From: Gemmatimonadales bacterium
Lineage (GTDB): Bacteria > Gemmatimonadota > Gemmatimonadetes > Gemmatimonadales > GWC2-71-9
Length of the DNA stretch: 64,000 nucleotides
Direction of reading: 5' to 3'
Assembly (NCBI GenBank): GCA_965249575.1
Contig: OZ252244.1
Coordinates: 3,072,001-3,136,000, forward strand
Shown here: positions 59,371-64,000 of the stretch, piece by piece
Layout: every line of letters begins with the position of its first letter
How positions within the stretch are numbered: position 1 is the stretch's first letter
Translations under genes and position numbers: made by a program
Notes under the pieces: generated by a model
What the model was told of the DNA's origin: nothing
The model's database searches: none
What the model saw: the letters and a program-made list of their open reading frames with translations, nothing else

Positions 59371-60569
59371 ATGACGCTCATCTCCCGTCCCAGCTTCGCG
59401 AACGTATCGAGCGCGAAGTCGATCTGATCGGGGGTATGCGTCGCCATGAGGCTCGTGCGGAGCCGGCACTGCGAAGGGGGCACGGCTGGCGGAACCACCG
59501 GGTTCGTGAAGATGCCGGCGTCGAACAACTTTCTCCAAAACATGAACGTCCGCTCCAACGCGCCGATCAGCACCGGAACAATCGGGGTCTCGGATGGGCC
59601 CATATCGAACCCGAGGTGCCGGAACCCCTCTTGGAGGCGCCGTGTGTTCTGCCACAGGCGGTCGCGGCGCTCTGGCTCGGCGATCATGACCTCGAGGGCG
59701 GCCAAGACGCCCGCGGTGTTGGCGGGCGGGAGGGCCGCGCTGAAAATCAGGGGGCGGCTGTGATGTTTGAGATAGTGGATGACGTTTTCGCTGCCGGTAA
59801 TGAAACCACCGATGGACGCGAGAGACTTGGAGAACGTGCCGACGACGACATCAACCTCGTCGGTCAGCCCGAAGTGCGCCGCCGTCCCGTCGCCCCTGGG
59901 ACCCAGCACGCCCACGGAATGGGCATCATCCACTGCCAGGGCGGCTCCGTATTTCTGCGCGAGCGGCACGAGGGTCGGGAGGTCGGCGATATCGCCCTCC
60001 ATGGAATACACGCCGTCGACGATAATCATGGTCCCGCGCTCGCCGACGTTCTGCAGGTGGTTCTCCAAAAGATCGAGTTTCCCGTGGCCGAAGCGCCGCG
60101 TCTCGCCGAAGGAGAGCTTGGCGCCATCGACGATCGAGGCGTGATCCAGCTTGTCGAGCAGCACGATGTCACCTCGGCCCACGAGTGCCGAGATGAGACC
60201 CAAGTTGGCCTGATAGCCCGTCGAGAACACGAGGGCTGCCTCTTTGCCGAAAAACTCGGCGAGCCGCTGCTCGAGGAGGTGGTGGAGGTCGAGCGTGCCA
60301 TTTAAGAACCGGCTGCCCGTGCATCCCGACCCGTACCGTTCGAGAGCCGCTTTGGCCGCTTCCAACACCCTTGGATGGTGGGTGAGGCCTAGGTAGTTGT
60401 TGGACCCCATCATGATCTTGCGCTGTCCGTCGATCACCACCACCGTATCTTCCGACTCGGAGATCGGCTTGAAGTAGGGGTACAGTCCGGCAGCCTCGAC
60501 GTCCCGAGCCTTCGTATACGTCCTACATTTGTCGAACAAGGCCACGCGAAGCAGAGTCTGTGTGTCCAT
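59367..60569 (-). CDS. spt: Serine palmitoyltransferase (alpha-oxoamine synthase family)
   Basis: GSNNYLGLT, GSGCTGSRFLNGT, STGYQANLG, DDAH, and PLP-Lys motif GTFSKSLA (SPT-type, not the GTLGKA of BioF/KBL). Confidence 0.82.
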   Translation of the reverse strand: MDTQTLLRVALFDKCRTYTKARDVEAAGLYPYFKPISESEDTVVVIDGQRKIMMGSNNYLGLTHHPRVLEAAKAALERYGSGCTGSRFLNGTLDLHHLLEQRLAEFFGKEAALVFSTGYQANLGLISALVGRGDIVLLDKLDHASIVDGAKLSFGETRRFGHGKLDLLENHLQNVGERGTMIIVDGVYSMEGDIADLPTLVPLAQKYGAALAVDDAHSVGVLGPRGDGTAAHFGLTDEVDVVVGTFSKSLASIGGFITGSENVIHYLKHHSRPLIFSAALPPANTAGVLAALEVMIAEPERRDRLWQNTRRLQEGFRHLGFDMGPSETPIVPVLIGALERTFMFWRKLFDAGIFTNPVVPPAVPPSQCRLRTSLMATHTPDQIDFALDTFAKLGREMSVI

Positions 60570-60649
60570 GTCTCAACTCAGGGATCGAAATGGGGATCGA
60601 ACCATCCGGGAATCAGCGGTTCTTTGGACCTACGATAGTACGTCGCCTC

Positions 60650-61375
60650 GTGGGGTTGCACAAGGGCGTCCGGCGGGCCGCGATTGCCTGTGCGCTGGGC
60701 CTGTGGATCCCGTTTTCCGCGGGTTGGGCGCAACGCCAATCGACCGCACAAATCGTTGGGGTATCGGATGTTGCGGCTGTGGTGGGTGGTGCCGCGCTGT
60801 TTGCGGCGCCCCATCTGTTGCACGTGAACGCCGGTCCCCCGGAGTGCGCACCCTGCGACCCCGCCAACGTGCCCTGGTTCGACCGTTGGGTCATCGCAAC
60901 CCCCCGCCCGGGCTGGGACGCGGCGAGTGATATCGCGGTCCTCGGAATCGCAGGGGGGGGCTGGGCGGATCTCGCGCACCGGGGGGACGACGGGGCGGCT
61001 GGAGTGGCCGCGTCCATTGCGTCTGTCGCTTTGGCTGTCGGAGTTACGGAGCTCGCCAAGGCAGTGGCCGGCCGCAGCCGGCCGGTGTTGTACACCGCTG
61101 GCGCACCGGAAGCCGCCCGGCACCTCGACAGTCGGCGCTCGTGGCCGTCCGGGCACACCGCTGCGGCGTTTGCCCTGGCAACCAGCCTCTGGCTCAGCCG
61201 CCGCCGCCTCGGTGACGAGGGACCGCCGGTGTGGGCGGCCTGGGCTGCGCTCGGCGCCGCCACCGGCGTGGCGGTGTTTCGGGTTGCCGCCGCCAAGCAC
61301 TTCCCTTCCGACGTTCTGGCCGGCCTGATCGTCGGAGTCGGGACGGCCGCGATCAACCACGAGATAAAGTTCTAG
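60650..61375 (+). CDS. PAP2-family phosphatase
   Basis: C1 KAVAGRSRP, C2 SWPSGHT, C3 RVAAAKHFPSD. Start uncertain (60590 or 60650). Confidence 0.85.
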   Translation: MGLHKGVRRAAIACALGLWIPFSAGWAQRQSTAQIVGVSDVAAVVGGAALFAAPHLLHVNAGPPECAPCDPANVPWFDRWVIATPRPGWDAASDIAVLGIAGGGWADLAHRGDDGAAGVAASIASVALAVGVTELAKAVAGRSRPVLYTAGAPEAARHLDSRRSWPSGHTAAAFALATSLWLSRRRLGDEGPPVWAAWAALGAATGVAVFRVAAAKHFPSDVLAGLIVGVGTAAINHEIKF

Positions 61376-61573
61376 CGGCGCTCGTTGGACGAGAGGCTAC
61401 CGCTTCGCGCCGAGCGCGAGTAGGCTGATGGGAGCTCCGACCAGCCTGCCTCGGGAGCCGGCGAGTCCCTGGTGCGTGTGAGGGGCAACACGGACTTGAA
61501 AGAGAAGGGAACTAACTTTGGGCGGGCGCATACGTGCCGATGCTTCCAACCGTGCCGAGCCGGGGGACCCGAA

Positions 61574-63673
61574 ATGAACCGTTTATTGCTGCGATGGATG
61601 TTGCTCGGCGCTGTACTGGTGCCGTGTGCGACCCCCGCGCTTGCTCAACAGCGCAAGCTCGAACAACTGTATACTGCCGACGGCATAAGGCTCGAGTTTC
61701 CGGCCGATGGCGTGTGGCGGAGGAGAGGCCGCCGCGTCGCTGCCTACCGGCAGGTGCTCCGGGCGGCCGGGCGGTTCGATGCGCTCAACGCACCGGTCAT
61801 TGCCGGCGCGCCGCTCGCGGGGCCCGTCTCGATGTCCGGCACGTTGCAGATGCCGAGCGTGCTGCTCGCGTTCAGCGACGCCGACACGACGACGCTCTCG
61901 AAGGCGGCGTCCTACGATTCTCTCTTCTACACGACACAGCCTCTCTCGGGCCGGCCCTACACTGTCCGTACGTTCTATGAGGAGGTCTCCGACGGCCTGT
62001 TCAGCGTGAACGGCAACACGTACGGCTGGGTGCCGGTCGATAGCGCAAGCGGCCCGCTGGTGAACGCCTGCGGTATGGGTAAAGATCCGATCGGGTGCAC
62101 GCCAGGTCGACAACTTCTGCATGAGGCGCTGACCCAGGCCCTATCCGCGATTGACGCCTCGGTCGATTTCAGCGCATACGACAACGACGGCATGGACGAC
62201 AACCCCAACAGCGGGGACGACGACGGGGTCGTGGACATCGTCCAGTTCCTTCAGCCGCTCGTCGGCCGCGAGTGCAGCGGGACGGGGTATGGCGCGCATC
62301 GGTTTTCGCTCACGCGCCTCGATTTCTCGGCGGGGGCCTACATCACCGACGACGTGGCGAACGGCGGCGGCATGATCACGGTGAACGCGTACTACATCAC
62401 CTCCGGCGTGGGTGGCTCGAGTTGCAGCAACGCCGCGCAGATCATGCCGATTGGTACCTCGACCCACGAGTTGGGGCACGCGTTCGACCTGCCCGACTTG
62501 TACGACACGAATCCTAACGACAGCGACAACAGCGAGGGGATTGGGGAGTGGGGGCTCATGGGATCGGGCAACTTCACCAGCCTCAACAGCCCGGCCCACC
62601 TAAGCGCTTGGTCGAAAGAGCAGCTGGGCTGGGTGGCGGTGCGGGAGCTTACGGCTGGCGGGAACTATTCGTTCGGGCCGGTAGTCACCTCCGATACGGT
62701 GTTCATGGTCCGGCCCCTCGAGCAGAGCGCGCTGGCCCGGGGGGAGTATTACCTGCTCGAGAACAAGCAGTCCGTTGGCGCCGACGCGGCCAACATGACG
62801 AGCGGCGGGAACGCGGGGCCCAAGCTCGGCGGGCTCGTCGTCTTACACATCGATTCGACGAAGATCGTAAACAACACGTTGCCGTTCGCGGCGTTGAACT
62901 CGGTCAACACCGGCGCGATCCATGGCGTGGCCGTTTTACAGGCCGACGGCCTCGGGGAGCTGGACAACTCCACCGACCGTGGTGACGCCGGCGATCCCTT
63001 TCCGGGCACGTCGGTCAACACGAACATCTCGTTCAACACCAATCCTGCGCTGGCGAACAACAGTAACGCGAGCTCGGCGGGATTCGAGATCGGGTCCATT
63101 ACGCAAGTCGTGCCGGGAGGGGCGATGTCGTTCAACCTCACATTCGCGCCGGCCCTCGCCGCGACGCCCGCGACGCCCCCGGATCCGGTCATGGGCGCGG
63201 TGTACAGTTTTACGCTCGCGGCGACCGGCGGGACGGGATCCTATTCGTGGGCCGTCACGAGCGGCGCGCTCCCACCTGGGCTCACGCTTGCGGCAAATGG
63301 CAACATTACTGGGCCGGCGAGCGACACGGGGAGCTTCATGGCCGATGTGACCGTGACGTCGGGCGCGCAGACCGACGTGCTCAGCCTCCAGTTCACCGTC
63401 ACCGAGCCACAGCTTGCGACCGGCAACGTCTTGAACCACATCCTCGGGATGGCCTCGGTGCTGTCGGTCGACGAGCTCAACTACTTGGACTTAGTCGGTA
63501 ACCAGAACGCCGGATTCGATGTCGGCGATTTTCTCGCCTGGGTCGATCGGACGGGCGCGACACCCACGGCGTCCGCCGTGGCGTCGGTCGTGTCCGAGGC
63601 CGCATCGCCTCAAGCGGCAGGCGAGTCCACCACCGATGAAGGCGTCGAAGGAGAGGGGAGGTTAGAGCCATGA
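61574..63673 (+). CDS. M6-family (immune inhibitor A-like) metalloprotease with C-terminal Ig-like domain
   Basis: Signal peptide at ATG 61574, VDFSAYDND, HELGHAFDLPDLYD, WGLMGSG, EYYLLEN, and an SGALPPGLTL Ig repeat. Confidence 0.9.
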   Translation: MNRLLLRWMLLGAVLVPCATPALAQQRKLEQLYTADGIRLEFPADGVWRRRGRRVAAYRQVLRAAGRFDALNAPVIAGAPLAGPVSMSGTLQMPSVLLAFSDADTTTLSKAASYDSLFYTTQPLSGRPYTVRTFYEEVSDGLFSVNGNTYGWVPVDSASGPLVNACGMGKDPIGCTPGRQLLHEALTQALSAIDASVDFSAYDNDGMDDNPNSGDDDGVVDIVQFLQPLVGRECSGTGYGAHRFSLTRLDFSAGAYITDDVANGGGMITVNAYYITSGVGGSSCSNAAQIMPIGTSTHELGHAFDLPDLYDTNPNDSDNSEGIGEWGLMGSGNFTSLNSPAHLSAWSKEQLGWVAVRELTAGGNYSFGPVVTSDTVFMVRPLEQSALARGEYYLLENKQSVGADAANMTSGGNAGPKLGGLVVLHIDSTKIVNNTLPFAALNSVNTGAIHGVAVLQADGLGELDNSTDRGDAGDPFPGTSVNTNISFNTNPALANNSNASSAGFEIGSITQVVPGGAMSFNLTFAPALAATPATPPDPVMGAVYSFTLAATGGTGSYSWAVTSGALPPGLTLAANGNITGPASDTGSFMADVTVTSGAQTDVLSLQFTVTEPQLATGNVLNHILGMASVLSVDELNYLDLVGNQNAGFDVGDFLAWVDRTGATPTASAVASVVSEAASPQAAGESTTDEGVEGEGRLEP

Positions 63674-64000
63674 GGCCCGGTGTTCGGACATGGCTGGTGA
63701 TGGTTCCGATGGTCGCGCTCTTTGGGTGCAAGGTGAGCGAGGTTCTGGGCGGTGGTGGTGGGGGGGGCGGACCAGTAGCTGGAGAGCTGACGTTCAACCT
63801 GACTACGCCCCACGTGGACGATGGGGCCGTTCGCTTCACCGTAACGGCCACGGGTTCCAACTCGCTCACAAGCGTGAGCGCGGCTTGCGCTTCGTGCCAG
63901 CTGTTTTGGCGAAGTGCGAGCGGCACGGAGTATCGCGGGGTTGTCACCGGCACGCTCGGTGCCGGTCCACTGGTGCGCGTTGGCGTTTCGGATACTGGAT
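63670..64000 (+). CDS. Hypothetical lipoprotein (runs off window)
   Basis: Hand translation from ATG 63670 (overlapping the M6 stop): MRPGVRTWLVMVPMVALFGC then a poly-Gly linker; open to the window end. Confidence 0.7.
   Translation, partial: MRPGVRTWLVMVPMVALFGCKVSEVLGGGGGGGGPVAGELTFNLTTPHVDDGAVRFTVTATGSNSLTSVSAACASCQLFWRSASGTEYRGVVTGTLGAGPLVRVGVSDTG

Noticed and set aside
59367..60569. bioF or kbl annotation
   Set aside because: The GTFSKS motif and coupling to bCerS-like and CerR-like genes favour Spt; no bio or tdh genes are nearby.
1..64000. tRNA, rRNA, prophage, integrase or defence systems
   Set aside because: None recognised by eye; no covariance or HMM search could be run.

Overview
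High-GC bacterial chromosome segment, probably Gemmatimonadota. The taxon is inferred from SusC/SusD pairs, Hanks-type kinases, a BTAD-AAA regulator and alternative complex III. Contents, left to right: (1) two divergent, paralogous SusC/RagA-SusD/RagB pairs flanking a multicopper oxidase operon and a GT4 glycosyltransferase; (2) two barrel-less SusC N-terminal derivatives; (3) a pseudokinase-kinase protein facing an FHA-trypsin protease and a GH38 mannosidase; (4) a Dpp/Opp-type ABC importer leading into a long uncharacterised operon (GHMP kinase, heparinase II/III-like lyase, TrmJ-like methylase, class III aminotransferase, two amidohydrolases, atypical DHDPS-family aldolase, DHOD-like protein, OSBS/NAAAR enolase); (5) actABCDEF with a Rex-type operator; (6) a VIT-vWA/ECF sigma/anti-sigma unit, a kinase-TPR protein, a Cys-cluster protein, a cupredoxin and a BTAD regulator; (7) a ceramide operon (spt-bcerS-cerR) extended by an Aur1/IPC-synthase-like PAP2 gene and flanked by a second PAP2, an NPP-type phosphodiesterase, a DedA/VTT protein and a PHM-like copper protein; (8) an M6 metalloprotease. 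The best candidate novel systems are the extended phosphosphingolipid locus (53-61.4 kb) and the orphan catabolic operon (21-35 kb). About eleven frame breaks, several in homopolymers, point to an error-prone long-read assembly. All family assignments come from motif recognition by eye; no searches were run.
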